Origin: an uncultured Acidobacteriaceae bacterium
GTDB lineage: Bacteria > Acidobacteriota > Terriglobia > Terriglobales > Acidobacteriaceae
Direction: 5' to 3'
NCBI GenBank assembly: GCA_963806565.1
Contig: CAWDYE010000006.1
Location: 17,618-81,617, forward strand
Length of the DNA stretch: 64,000 bases
Shown here: positions 36,719-47,300 of the stretch, in pieces
How the letters are laid out: every line of letters starts with the position of its first letter
Numbering within the stretch: the first letter of the stretch is position 1
Notes under the pieces: model-generated
What the model was told of the DNA's origin: nothing
The model's input: the letters and a program-made list of their open reading frames with translations, nothing else
The model's database searches: none
Translations under genes and position numbers: made by a program

Positions 36719-38770
36719 ATGAAGACCTGTCCCGTTTGCGATACCGATTATCCGGATCAGCACACTACGTGTCCCACGGATGGTGCGGTGCTGATCGTCT
36801 CTCACGAGCTGGCGGCCGGCTCTTTGGTGCGCGGCAAATACCGCATTGTTCGCAAGCTGGGTCAGGGCGGGATGGGGGTGGTCTACCTGGCGGAGCATAT
36901 ACTGCTGGGCGGCAATGTGGCGCTGAAGTTTCTGGCCGGCGACCTGGGCAAGGACCCCAAGTTCATCAAGCGCTTCCGCATGGAGGCGCGCGCCGCTCAC
37001 CAGTTGCGCCACCCCAACATCGTCGAAGTGACCGATCTGGACCAAAGCGAGGACGGCAGCCTGTTTATCGCCATGGAGTACGTGGCGGGAAAGAGCCTGC
37101 GCGGGGCGATGGATGAGGAGCGCAGCGGATTCGGCGTACAGCGGGCGCTGGAGATGGCGCGCGGCATCGTCAGCGGGCTGGCCGCGGCCCATGCGCACGG
37201 CACGGTTCACCGCGACGTCAAACCGGAAAACGTCCTGCTGGCGCGAGCCGCCGACGGTCGTGAGATACCCAAGGTTCTGGACTTCGGCATTGCAGCCATG
37301 GCCGAGAGCGCGACACAGACGAACATGACGCGCGGACTGCTGCTGACGCCCGATTACGCCGCTCCGGAGCAGTGGATGGAGATGCCCGCCGCCGAGATGG
37401 ATGGACGGACGGATCTTTATGCGATGGGCTGTGTCTTCTACGAGATGCTGACCGGACGCACGCCGTTTCACGCGCATAACATGGAGATATGCAGGCGGCA
37501 GCATATGGAGGAGACGCCCCAATTGCCGAGCACGTTGCGGCCGGACCTGGCTGATTGGATGGGGCTGGATGGGTTGGTGATGCGGATGCTGGCCAAGAAT
37601 CGCGACGACCGCCCGCAGGACGCGGAGGTGCTAAGCTTGCTCGACGGTGTGCAGTCTTCTCCCCGCGCCACGCAGAGTGTTCCCAGCCAGCAATGGCAGA
37701 AGACGGTTGCCGCAGAAGCCTGGCAGCGCCCGCAGACGATCAACGATGAGAGCCTGGGACGTTATGAGCCAGTTACGGCGCCGGTATCGCAGCCGGTTTG
37801 GCAGCCGGTGAATCAAGCACCGCCCGTGATTCAAGCGCAAAAGCCCGCATCAGGGAATATTCCCGTATGGGTGTGGGGAGTTGTTGCGGTTCCTGTGCTG
37901 GCTGCGGGCATCGCCGCGGCGTGGCTCATTGCGCCGAAGCCGCAGCAGCCGCAGACGCAACAGATGCAAGCGGAGGTGACACAGCCAGCCGTCACGACAC
38001 CGCATCTGGCCGATTCGAATGCCAATACACCCCTTACGTCTTCCTCCGCTTCACAAAAACCGTCGCCGGCATCGCCTGCGTCCAAGACGACTACAAGTTC
38101 AGTGATTGAAAAGCCCGCTGAGGCGGATAATTCCAAGCCGCCGATTGTTCAGCCGCCGGCTATTCAACCAGCAGTTGTCAATCCGCCGGCTCCGCAGCCG
38201 AGCAACGCAGAGATCATGCAGCAGGCTCTTTCGCTTTACAGCCAGAGGAACTTCTCGATGGCCGCTCCTCTTTTTGATAAAGCCTGCTCGGGCGGCGGTT
38301 GGGAAGCGTGCAAGGATCTCGGCATCATGTACCGTTATGGACAGGGTGTGATGGAGGACGATCAACGGGCGGCCGGTCTCTTCTCCAAAGCCTGCGATGC
38401 CGGCAACGCCCTTGGTTGCACCAATCTTGGCGCTCTATACGCAAACGGCGGCAATGGCGTGGCCAAAGATGAGTCCCGCGCGGCAACTCTTTATTACAAG
38501 GCCTGTAATGCTGGCGATGCCATGGGCTGCGCCAATCTCGGCAACAGCTACTGGTTCGGCCGCGGCGTTTCCCCGGATGATACGAGGGCAGCGTCCCTTT
38601 ACTCGCGGGCCTGCGACGCCGGGAATGGAGCCGGCTGCAGCAGCCTGGGGCTCTGCTACGGAACTGGCCGCGGCGCGGGAAAGAATCTCGACATGGCAAG
38701 GCAATTGTTCATCAAGGGCTGCAAAATGGGCAACTCGTGGGGCTGCGACCAGCTAAAATTGTTGAAATAG
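36719..38770 (+). CDS. Hanks-type Ser/Thr kinase with zinc ribbon, TM helix and C-terminal Sel1-like repeats
   Basis: CPVC..CP, LGQGGMGVVY, HRDVKPEN, DFG; KACDAGxxxGCxxLG repeats. Confidence 0.95.
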   Translation: MKTCPVCDTDYPDQHTTCPTDGAVLIVSHELAAGSLVRGKYRIVRKLGQGGMGVVYLAEHILLGGNVALKFLAGDLGKDPKFIKRFRMEARAAHQLRHPNIVEVTDLDQSEDGSLFIAMEYVAGKSLRGAMDEERSGFGVQRALEMARGIVSGLAAAHAHGTVHRDVKPENVLLARAADGREIPKVLDFGIAAMAESATQTNMTRGLLLTPDYAAPEQWMEMPAAEMDGRTDLYAMGCVFYEMLTGRTPFHAHNMEICRRQHMEETPQLPSTLRPDLADWMGLDGLVMRMLAKNRDDRPQDAEVLSLLDGVQSSPRATQSVPSQQWQKTVAAEAWQRPQTINDESLGRYEPVTAPVSQPVWQPVNQAPPVIQAQKPASGNIPVWVWGVVAVPVLAAGIAAAWLIAPKPQQPQTQQMQAEVTQPAVTTPHLADSNANTPLTSSSASQKPSPASPASKTTTSSVIEKPAEADNSKPPIVQPPAIQPAVVNPPAPQPSNAEIMQQALSLYSQRNFSMAAPLFDKACSGGGWEACKDLGIMYRYGQGVMEDDQRAAGLFSKACDAGNALGCTNLGALYANGGNGVAKDESRAATLYYKACNAGDAMGCANLGNSYWFGRGVSPDDTRAASLYSRACDAGNGAGCSSLGLCYGTGRGAGKNLDMARQLFIKGCKMGNSWGCDQLKLLK

Positions 38771-38794
38771 AGAGCAGGATCACGGGGATTCGCA

Positions 38795-39685
38795 ATGACC
38801 GCATGGAACAGGCGTGAATGGTTGTCGAAGGCGGGAATGGGAGCTGCGACTCTGGCTCTTGCTCCAGAGTGGCTGGCATCAGGGCTGTTGGCCGAAGAGC
38901 CGCATATTCACATCTCTCCACTGAACCTGTTGACCGATGAGGACGAGATTGCGTTGGGACATCAGTTCGCCGTGGAGTTTGAAAAAGAGGAGGCGGTGAT
39001 CAGCAACACGCTGACCGATCGCTACCTGGGCAAGATGGTGGCCACACTGGCCGCGCAAAGCCAGCGGCCCACCCTTCCCTACTCGATCAAGCTGATCAAC
39101 TCGCACGTACCCAATGCGCTTTCGCTGCCCGGCGGGTTTCTTTACGTGAACCGCGGTCTGATCGAGATGATTGCGAGCGAGGACGAGCTGGCAGCCGCGC
39201 TCTCCCACGAGATAGGACACGTAGTGGCGCGGCACGTGGTGAACAAGCTGCTGATGGCCTTCGCGGCACAGTCCGTGCTTAAGCCGGTGCTCGACAACTT
39301 GAATGAAAAGAACGGCGTGATCGAAAAGATCATTCTCAAATTCGGCGGAGCGGCGGCCATGCTGGCCAGCTTGCACTTCAGCCGCCGGGACGAGTCAGAG
39401 ACCGACCTGCTGGGCTTTTACGATATGCTGCGGGCCGGCTGGGATCCGAACGGGTTCCTCAAGCTGTTTGCGCAGTTGGATGCATTGGAGAAGTCGTCGA
39501 ACGGTACTCCAATTCCCTTCCTGTCCGATCATCCGCCGACGCCGGAGCGGGAGGAGGCCATCCGAAACGAATTGAAGCAGGCGAGCGTTCCTGCCGGCGC
39601 AGCCACGGATTCGGTGAAGTTCCAGGTATTTAAATCGGCGATGCAGCTTTTGCCCCAGCCGCCCAAGCCAGCAAAAAACGTTTAG
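38795..39685 (+). CDS. M48-family metalloprotease with Tat-like signal
   Basis: NRREWL, HEIGH, FSRRDESETD, FLSDHP. Confidence 0.9.
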   Translation: MTAWNRREWLSKAGMGAATLALAPEWLASGLLAEEPHIHISPLNLLTDEDEIALGHQFAVEFEKEEAVISNTLTDRYLGKMVATLAAQSQRPTLPYSIKLINSHVPNALSLPGGFLYVNRGLIEMIASEDELAAALSHEIGHVVARHVVNKLLMAFAAQSVLKPVLDNLNEKNGVIEKIILKFGGAAAMLASLHFSRRDESETDLLGFYDMLRAGWDPNGFLKLFAQLDALEKSSNGTPIPFLSDHPPTPEREEAIRNELKQASVPAGAATDSVKFQVFKSAMQLLPQPPKPAKNV

Positions 39686-39731
39686 TCATAAAGCCCGCAA
39701 TCAGAAGAAGCCATCAAAGAGGAGATAAAAG

Positions 39732-40754
39732 ATGCGGAAGCAGTTTGCAGGGATAGCGGTTTTGCTGTTGGTAAGCGGTTTGATGGGAATAGGCTGGACC
39801 CAGGACACGGCGCTCTACGGCGCTCACGGGATCAGCCCACAGGCAGTTCGCCAGGGCCAGCTGGGCAGTTGCTTCTTTCATGCGACCATTGCGGCGCTGG
39901 CCAAAACTGCGCCTAATACTCTGCGCAGCGCCATACGCCGGGATCCTAACGGAGGCTACCGAGTTCACTTTTACAGCGGGCCGGATGAGGCCGTCTTCCC
40001 CAGCGATGTGGAGTATGGCCGCGAACATGGCTACGACCGTTCGGATGGCACATGGGTTGCGGTGCTGATGCGGGCTTATGCGCAGCGCACCCTGCGGCAG
40101 AGCCTGGTTGAGGCTATTCAGAAATCGGATGTGATTCCGGCATTTGTCCAGCCCATGGCGATTTCATGGCTGAATGGATCGGACATGCTGCTGGTGGCTT
40201 ATGACCGGGCCGTCCGTTCGGTGGTAAGCCAGGATGGATCGATGGACCAATATGCGCTTAAGCAAAGTCTGGCCGCGGAGCTTCATACAGAAGGCATTCC
40301 CTCGACCGAAGCGCAGGCGCTGGTGGGATTTCTCGACGAAAAAGGATTTTTCGCCGCGCTGGCGCAGACCGTGCAGGAAAACGGCGAGGTCTTCGGAGCC
40401 TACAAGAGCCTGGGGCAGGGAGGGATTCCGCTGCGTGTGATGGAGGCGTTCCTGGGCAAAGCCTATGCGGGCTATACGGATGACCGCCAGCAAACATTAG
40501 AACAACTGCGGCGTTTCCGCGCGGGTAATGTGGCGATGGTGGCCGGAACCAGAGACATCGCGCCCAATGGGCAAATCGCCAACGCGAATTGGTGGGTAGC
40601 CGCGCACTGTTACACGCTGATCAGTTACGACGAAGCCGCGCAGACTGTAACCCTGCGCAATCCATGGGGGTCGCACCCCGGTCCGGATGGGACTTTTACG
40701 CTTCCGCTATCGATCTATCTTGATGGGTATGAGTCCTACACCTACACCCCATAG
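39732..40754 (+). CDS. Secreted calpain-like (C2) cysteine protease
   Basis: Signal peptide; QGQLGSCFF, AHCY, LRNPWG catalytic motifs. Confidence 0.8.
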   Translation: MRKQFAGIAVLLLVSGLMGIGWTQDTALYGAHGISPQAVRQGQLGSCFFHATIAALAKTAPNTLRSAIRRDPNGGYRVHFYSGPDEAVFPSDVEYGREHGYDRSDGTWVAVLMRAYAQRTLRQSLVEAIQKSDVIPAFVQPMAISWLNGSDMLLVAYDRAVRSVVSQDGSMDQYALKQSLAAELHTEGIPSTEAQALVGFLDEKGFFAALAQTVQENGEVFGAYKSLGQGGIPLRVMEAFLGKAYAGYTDDRQQTLEQLRRFRAGNVAMVAGTRDIAPNGQIANANWWVAAHCYTLISYDEAAQTVTLRNPWGSHPGPDGTFTLPLSIYLDGYESYTYTP

Positions 40755-40848
40755 AGCGAAGCCGAAGTCTATGTGCCCGCGCCCCAGCCTTTCGCATGAA
40801 ATACAGCGAAAGGATGGGGCGACCGGTTTCCAATCTGAGTAAAGATGC

Positions 40849-41760
40849 TCAGCGCTTTAGCTCCGCCATCTTGTTGGCGATGTACTTGTCCAGCATGGCG
40901 GGAATCGCCGTGTTCATGCGGTCAACCATGCGGTCCTCTTCGTGCTTGGTCTGGGCATCCATGGTTTTGACCATGCGGTCCTGGGCATCGGCAATCTTTG
41001 CATCCATGCCGTCGAGGCGATCATCAAGAGCTCTCAGCCTGACATCCAGCGCCGGCGTGAACTGGCCGACAGCGTTCTGCGCCTGCGCGTGCAACTGCTG
41101 CAACTCATCCCTGGTCTGGTAAAGCTCCCAACTCTGCCAGATGTTGCATCCCAGCAGTACGAGGATTATCAACAGAGTTGCCACCAGAATGCTTTGCAGC
41201 GTTTTTACCTTGCCTTCAAGATTGTTCATGTCTTCACCTTCTGCCGCGCTTGCCGCGGGTTGCTGTACTGGTGTCCGGGGAGCGGCGGAAACTCCGCGGA
41301 CGGCTTCGGCTGTATAGCCCTGTCTTCCCACTGCCGCTGGCGCGACGGGCGGCGGAGGAGAATAGGCCGCGGCTACCGGGCCAGAGATGATGCGGGTGGG
41401 TTCATGATTCAGCGCGCGCGTGGGCTCATGCTGCGCGGACGGCACATAGGTTTCCCGCTCCAGCAGGCGAATGCGGAGCTCCGGCCCTCCGGCGCCTAAA
41501 CGAAGGATATCGCCGGAGCGAATTGCGGCGCCGGCTACGGCAGGATGGCCATTCAGGAAGGTTTCACCACCCGGAGGCATTCCCCCGGCCAGGCTGACCG
41601 CGCCGTTCACCGTCTCCAGCACCAGATGCTCGCCGGCTACCGCGGGATATCTTCCCGGCGGTATGTTGACCTCACAATTCGGGTCCACTCCGATGCGGAT
41701 GCGGGGAAGATTCAAAATCCACTTGCCTGACTCCCCGATAATAATGATCTCAATGTCCAT
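40849..41760 (-). CDS. FHA-like domain, TM helix and coiled-coil protein
   Basis: TFLNG..IRSGDILRLG FHA-type pattern; hydrophobic helix; helical C-terminus. Confidence 0.7.
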   Translation of the reverse strand: MDIEIIIIGESGKWILNLPRIRIGVDPNCEVNIPPGRYPAVAGEHLVLETVNGAVSLAGGMPPGGETFLNGHPAVAGAAIRSGDILRLGAGGPELRIRLLERETYVPSAQHEPTRALNHEPTRIISGPVAAAYSPPPPVAPAAVGRQGYTAEAVRGVSAAPRTPVQQPAASAAEGEDMNNLEGKVKTLQSILVATLLIILVLLGCNIWQSWELYQTRDELQQLHAQAQNAVGQFTPALDVRLRALDDRLDGMDAKIADAQDRMVKTMDAQTKHEEDRMVDRMNTAIPAMLDKYIANKMAELKR

Positions 41761-41932
41761 AACTTACCCCAAGGCTCACAATCGTTGCAGCGTCAGCCGG
41801 CAGCGCAGGCCAGGATGCGCGCTCTTCGGAAGGCGCGCCAGACCAGCGCAGCAGCCGCCATGAATCACGCTCGATGGAGCGCAATCCACGTAAGCAGAGT
41901 ACCACCGCGCATGTTGTTTTCGAGAATGTTCT

Positions 41933-43936
41933 TTGTTGAAGCAGGCAGAGAACGATAAAATAGGGATGAATGCCAGGAGGAATCGCCGGTTGCGACACAT
42001 TTCAAACTCTGGAGGACTCTCGTTGCTGCCTGTTCGCAGATTGTATTTTGGCGCCTTCATCGCCACTCTTTTGATGCATGGTATGGCCTGGGTTACATTG
42101 GCTGCACAGCCTGGGCAGCAGGAGGGGATGCAACAATCCCAAGGCGGTATGGCCAACGCCGGTCCCCAGAAGGCGGAGTTCGATAGTCAACACCGTCCGA
42201 TCACTGCCGGCGGCTTTGTAAAAAAAGGCCCGATTATCTTCCAGGATGTTGCCGAGGCCGCCGGGCTTACGCGCTGGCATCACACGGCGGGCACTCCCGA
42301 AAAGCGCCTCATTCTGGAGGCCAAAGGCCCGGGTGTATGTCTTTTGGACTATGACAATGACGGCTGGCTGGACATTTATCTGGTGAACGGCTCGACCTAC
42401 GATGCGCTTGACGGCAAGGCCGCTCCGCCGCACGCGGCTCTGTTTCACAACAATCACGATGGAACCTTCACCGACGTGACGGAGAAGGCCGGCGTGGCCA
42501 ACGACCGGTGGGGATACGGGTGCGCGGTGGGCGATTACGACAACGACGGCTGGCCCGACCTGTACGTAACCAATTATGGGATGAACCGCCTGTACCACAA
42601 TAACCACGATGGAACCTTTACGGATGTCGCGGAAAAAGCCGGTGTCACTGTTGGCACGGCACAGCATCCAGTATGGTCTACAGGCGCAACCTTCGGCGAC
42701 TACGACGGCGACGGGCGGCTGGACCTTTTCGTGGCCGGCTACGCTCAAATCGACTTGTCCAATCCACCGGTCTCCGGGTCGAAGGCGGTGGGCTTTGCCT
42801 TCTGCCAGTATCGCGGGGTGCAGGTGATGTGCGGTCCGCGCGGCCTGAAGGGCGAACACGACCACCTCTTTCATAACGATGGCGACGGGAAGTTTACGGA
42901 TGTCAGCAAGAAGCTGGGGGTAGACGATCCCAGCGGTTACTACGGCCTGGGAGCTCTGTTTGCGGACGTAAACGGGGATGGCAAGCCGGACCTGCTGGTG
43001 GCCAACGATTCCACGCCTAACTACCTATATATAAACAAAGGAGACGGAACCTTCGAAGATCAGAGTTACGAAAGTGGATACGCGCTCAACGAGAGTGGCC
43101 GCGAGGTCTCCAACATGGGTATCGCTGTGGGAGACTACGAGAACAACGGCCACCTTTCAGTAGTGAATACCGACTTTTCCGACGACTACAACGTCCTTTT
43201 CCAGAACGACGGAAAAGGTTTTTTTACGGATGTCAGTTCTCAGGCCGGCATAGCAGAGTCCTCCATCCCGTTTGTCAGTTTCGGCGACGGATTTCTCGAT
43301 TACGACAATGACGGGTGGAAGGATTTGCTCATCGTGAATGGCCACGTCTATCCCGAGGTTGACAAGCACCCGGAGTGGGGAACCAGCTATGCCGAGCGCC
43401 CGCTGCTCTACCACAATCTGAAGAATGGCAAGTTTGAGCTGGTTCCGGCAGTCGAGGGAACGGGGCTTGCGGTGGTCAGCGTGGGCCGCGGCGCCGCATT
43501 TGGAGACATCTTCAACGACGGCAAGATCAGCGTGGTCATCAATAATATGGATGGCGTTCCGGTGCTGCTTCGCAACGTGAATCCTGACCATCACCATTGG
43601 GTTGAACTCAAGCTGATTGGCGGGCCCAAGAGTCCGCGCGATGCGGTTGGATCGACTGTCTATCTTACTGCGGACGGCATGCGCCAGCGCGGGGACGTGC
43701 TGAGCGGCGGAAGCTATCTTTCCTCCAACGACATGCGCGTTCACTTTGGGCTGGGCGACGCGACCGATGCCGGGAACGCCGAGATTCACTGGCCCTCCGG
43801 CGCCAAAGAGAGCGTGAAGCTGCCCGCGGTAGACCGGATTTATACCGTCACCGAGGGCCAGGGCATCACCGGCGCTCTGTGCGACGGCAAGCCGTGCGCG
43901 GTGGAGGCTCCGGCGGCAAAGGCGGGCAAACCCTGA
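41933..43936 (+). CDS. CRTAC1-family FG-GAP/ASPIC-UnbV protein (start uncertain)
   Basis: DYDNDGWxD repeats; GGSYLSSNDMRVHFGLG, IHWPSG. Confidence 0.92.
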   Translation: MLKQAENDKIGMNARRNRRLRHISNSGGLSLLPVRRLYFGAFIATLLMHGMAWVTLAAQPGQQEGMQQSQGGMANAGPQKAEFDSQHRPITAGGFVKKGPIIFQDVAEAAGLTRWHHTAGTPEKRLILEAKGPGVCLLDYDNDGWLDIYLVNGSTYDALDGKAAPPHAALFHNNHDGTFTDVTEKAGVANDRWGYGCAVGDYDNDGWPDLYVTNYGMNRLYHNNHDGTFTDVAEKAGVTVGTAQHPVWSTGATFGDYDGDGRLDLFVAGYAQIDLSNPPVSGSKAVGFAFCQYRGVQVMCGPRGLKGEHDHLFHNDGDGKFTDVSKKLGVDDPSGYYGLGALFADVNGDGKPDLLVANDSTPNYLYINKGDGTFEDQSYESGYALNESGREVSNMGIAVGDYENNGHLSVVNTDFSDDYNVLFQNDGKGFFTDVSSQAGIAESSIPFVSFGDGFLDYDNDGWKDLLIVNGHVYPEVDKHPEWGTSYAERPLLYHNLKNGKFELVPAVEGTGLAVVSVGRGAAFGDIFNDGKISVVINNMDGVPVLLRNVNPDHHHWVELKLIGGPKSPRDAVGSTVYLTADGMRQRGDVLSGGSYLSSNDMRVHFGLGDATDAGNAEIHWPSGAKESVKLPAVDRIYTVTEGQGITGALCDGKPCAVEAPAAKAGKP

Positions 43937-44103
43937 AACTGGCCCCTATAAAAGAATCCGGCAGCTACCCATGAGAAGGCCGCCACCGGAAAGTTAATCT
44001 TTGAAGGTCAGTTTTGAAGACAAGCTCTGTTGACTTGTTCAGAGTATCGGCAGATGCGGGCCATGTCTTGGGCCAAACGAGTGAGTCTGGACTCCATCTA
44101 TAG

Positions 44104-47100
44104 GTGGAGACAGGCATCGGCATTTCTAGCGATAGCCCGCATTTTCCCTGTGCAATCCCGCGCCTGTCCAATTACTGTGGAGTTGCGCAGTCTGACATTT
44201 GCATGAGGTTACTTCCACCCATTCCCGTGGCCCATAATCACGCCAACCCGATGGATGCAGCAGGAGAGGCCGCCCGGCGTTTGTCCTTGTCAGGCGGAAC
44301 TCCTGGCGCGACCGCATTGCGCGGCTTTCTGGCAGCATGGCTGCTGAGCTGCGGACTCCACGGCCTGGCGCTGGAGCCTATCACGCCGCTGGCCAACTAC
44401 GGACGCCAGTCGTGGGGGATGGAGAACGGCCTGCCGCAGAATACCGTGCAGGCACTGGTGCAAACCCGCGATGGCTTTGTGTGGCTGGGAACCGAGGCGG
44501 GACTGGTCCGCTTTGACGGCAACAGCTTTGCGGTTTTCGATAAGAATTCGACGCCGGCGCTGCCGGGGAACGATGTACGATGCCTGCTGGAAACTCACGA
44601 TGGGGCGTTGTGGATTGGAACCAGTGAGGGGCTGGCGCGGTGGAAGGACGGGATAGTGACGGACTTCACAACCAGAGATGGGCTGCCGGGGAACGGGATT
44701 CTTGAATTTTGGGAAACGCGGGACGGCGTCCTCATGATGTGGACAGATCTGGGCATTGCGCAGCAGACAGGTGAGCGGTTTGTGAAAGCGAGGAATGTTG
44801 ATGCGTGGCCTCACACAGCGTTACCTTCACCGGGAGAGCCGCCGGGGCAGGTGGAGTTTGAGGAGGGCTTGCCTAACGATGTATTTATGATGGGCGACAG
44901 AAGCACTTTGACGCTCGTCAAGGGACCTAAACCGCCAGGAATAGTGACTCATCTGACCGTCGGTAAGGAACTTCCCGGAAGCCGAATCCAAGTCGTCTTC
45001 GCCGACCGCGAGGGCAGTCTCTGGATTGGAACCAATGGCGGGCTGGCGCGGTGGGTTGCAGGCAAGGTGCAACGGCTGCCGGTCACCGATCCGCTAGCTA
45101 CGGCGTCGATACTCTCGCTGATGGAGGACCACGAGGGCAATCTGTGGGTGGGGACCGAGACCGGCGGGTTGCATATTCTGCGCGATCAGCGATTTCGCAC
45201 CGTTGGCGCGCGGGAAGGGTTGAGTTCCGATGCAACGACCACGGTGGTGGAAGACTGGACCGGAACGCTCTGGGTGGGAACCAGCGGAAGCGGGCTGAAC
45301 GCCCTTCGCCGGAGTGTAAATGGGAGCAGCGCAGTTCGCTCATACACGGTGCGCAACGGCCTGATGAGCGATGTGATTCTGTCTTTGGCCGCCGCCCCCA
45401 ATGGCGATCTGTGGGTGGGCACGCCGGACGGACTGAACCGGATTCGCGGCGGCAAGATCGATGCCTTTACATCGGCGGACGGGCTGCCGGATGACTTTAT
45501 CCGTTCGCTGCTGGCCGATGCCGATGGCTCTCTGTGGATTGGCACGCGGCGCGGGCTGACGCATTGGATGGGATTGAAAGCCAGAGCAACTTCCAGCGCG
45601 CAGATGGAGACCTTCACGCAGGCCAACGGCCTGGGCAGCGATCTGGTGGGCGCAATGGCCCGCGACTCCCGCGGCGAACTGTGGGTAGCCACGTTAGCCG
45701 GGTTATCGCGATTGCACAGCGGTAAAATCGACAATTTTACGACCGCCAACGGGCTTTCCAGCAACGTAGTCACGGCGCTGCTGCCGTACGGAAACGGGAT
45801 GCTGCTGATCGGCACACAGGAGCACGGATGGAACCTGTGGGATGGGCAGCACTTTACCATGGAGACGAACGGCGGCCTGAATCAGACCACCATCCACGCG
45901 ATTCTCGACGACGGCAGCGGCCATCTGTGGTTTGCAACTGGCAACGGGATTGCGCGCTGCGATTTCGCCGTACCTGCAACGGGAAAGGGAGCAGGCTGCT
46001 CGCAATGGATCGAGTTCGGCACTGCTGACGGGTTGCGCAGCCGGGAGATGGCCACCAACAGCCATCCATCGGCCTGGCGCTGCCGCGATGGGCGTCTTTG
46101 GTTTGCCACGCCCAAAGGCCTGGTGGAGATTGACCCGGCGCACTTCCCGGTAAACGCCGTCCCGCCGCCGGTCGCGCTGGAGCGATTTGCCGTGGATGAT
46201 GTACCCCAGGCACTCCATTCGGGAAGCTCTTCCTTGCGCGTTGAGGCAGGACACGTACACTTCCAATTTGATTACGCGGGATTGAGCTTTATCGCGCCAC
46301 AGAAGGTGCGCTACCGCTTTATGCTGGAGGGTTTAGACCACGGATGGACCGAGGCCGGCACGCGGCGCTCCGCATATTACACGAACATCAAGCCGGGGCG
46401 CTATACCTTCCGCGTGCAGGCGGCCAACAACGACGGGCTTTGGAATACTGAGGGCGCCGCTCTTACTTTTGAACTGCGACCGCACTATTATCAAACCGCC
46501 TGGTTTTATGCCTTGTTGCTGGCGGCTGTAGCGGGCCTGGTGTTGCTATTTCTTCGCTTGCGGCTGCGCCGGGCAGAAGGCGAGTTTCGCGCCGTGCTGG
46601 GCGAGCGCAACCGCATCGCGCGCGAGATTCACGACACGCTGGCCCAGGGCTATGTGGGCATCTCAGTGCAGTTGGAAGTGCTCTCCGAGTTGCTGCGCAG
46701 GAACGAGGCACAGGCCGCGGCGAAGCATCTGGACCTGATTCGAGGCTACGTGCGCGAGGGCCTGGACGACGCGCGGCAGTCGATCTGGGCGCTGCGTTCG
46801 CAGGACTCAGATGAAACCACGCTGCCGGTCCGGCTGCGCCGCATGGTCGAGGCCGAAGGCGGGAAGGGATTGAAGGCCGGCTTCAGCCTCTTCGGCGCTT
46901 ACCGGCCCATGCCTGCGGAGACAGAGCGCGAATTCCTGCGCGTTGCCCAGGAAGCCCTTCATAATGTAAAGAAGCACGCCGGAGCGCGGCATATATTTGT
47001 TCAGTTGGAGTATGAGCCGGAGGAGATTGCGCTGGAGGTGCGGGACGACGGGCAGGGCTTTGTGATCGATTGGAAGCAGGAATCTGCCTCAGGCCATTAT

Positions 47101-47226
47101 GGACTGACGGGAATGAAAGAGCGAGCGGCGGCCATTGGCGGGACGTTGGAGATTCACAGCGAACCGGGGGTGGGAACGACAATCCGGCTGCGCGCGGCGA
47201 CGCCAAGAGAGACGAGGAGCAGTTGA
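44104..47226 (+). CDS. Sensor histidine kinase with propeller and Y_Y_Y domains (true start probably downstream)
   Basis: GxLWxGT repeats, YTNIKPGRYTFRV, RIAREIHDTLAQG, DDGQGF, GLTGMKERA. Confidence 0.92.
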   Translation: METGIGISSDSPHFPCAIPRLSNYCGVAQSDICMRLLPPIPVAHNHANPMDAAGEAARRLSLSGGTPGATALRGFLAAWLLSCGLHGLALEPITPLANYGRQSWGMENGLPQNTVQALVQTRDGFVWLGTEAGLVRFDGNSFAVFDKNSTPALPGNDVRCLLETHDGALWIGTSEGLARWKDGIVTDFTTRDGLPGNGILEFWETRDGVLMMWTDLGIAQQTGERFVKARNVDAWPHTALPSPGEPPGQVEFEEGLPNDVFMMGDRSTLTLVKGPKPPGIVTHLTVGKELPGSRIQVVFADREGSLWIGTNGGLARWVAGKVQRLPVTDPLATASILSLMEDHEGNLWVGTETGGLHILRDQRFRTVGAREGLSSDATTTVVEDWTGTLWVGTSGSGLNALRRSVNGSSAVRSYTVRNGLMSDVILSLAAAPNGDLWVGTPDGLNRIRGGKIDAFTSADGLPDDFIRSLLADADGSLWIGTRRGLTHWMGLKARATSSAQMETFTQANGLGSDLVGAMARDSRGELWVATLAGLSRLHSGKIDNFTTANGLSSNVVTALLPYGNGMLLIGTQEHGWNLWDGQHFTMETNGGLNQTTIHAILDDGSGHLWFATGNGIARCDFAVPATGKGAGCSQWIEFGTADGLRSREMATNSHPSAWRCRDGRLWFATPKGLVEIDPAHFPVNAVPPPVALERFAVDDVPQALHSGSSSLRVEAGHVHFQFDYAGLSFIAPQKVRYRFMLEGLDHGWTEAGTRRSAYYTNIKPGRYTFRVQAANNDGLWNTEGAALTFELRPHYYQTAWFYALLLAAVAGLVLLFLRLRLRRAEGEFRAVLGERNRIAREIHDTLAQGYVGISVQLEVLSELLRRNEAQAAAKHLDLIRGYVREGLDDARQSIWALRSQDSDETTLPVRLRRMVEAEGGKGLKAGFSLFGAYRPMPAETEREFLRVAQEALHNVKKHAGARHIFVQLEYEPEEIALEVRDDGQGFVIDWKQESASGHYGLTGMKERAAAIGGTLEIHSEPGVGTTIRLRAATPRETRSS

Positions 47227-47300
47227 GGTTTGTGGTTTTACGGTCTAAGGAACGAGACCTGGGGTAGCCGGAATTTGCGGTAGATACAGAAGGAGCAGGG

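Noticed and set aside
41790-41860. GC-rich hairpin region as a riboswitch or ncRNA
   Set aside because: Only a short stem, with no recognisable conserved motif or second copy
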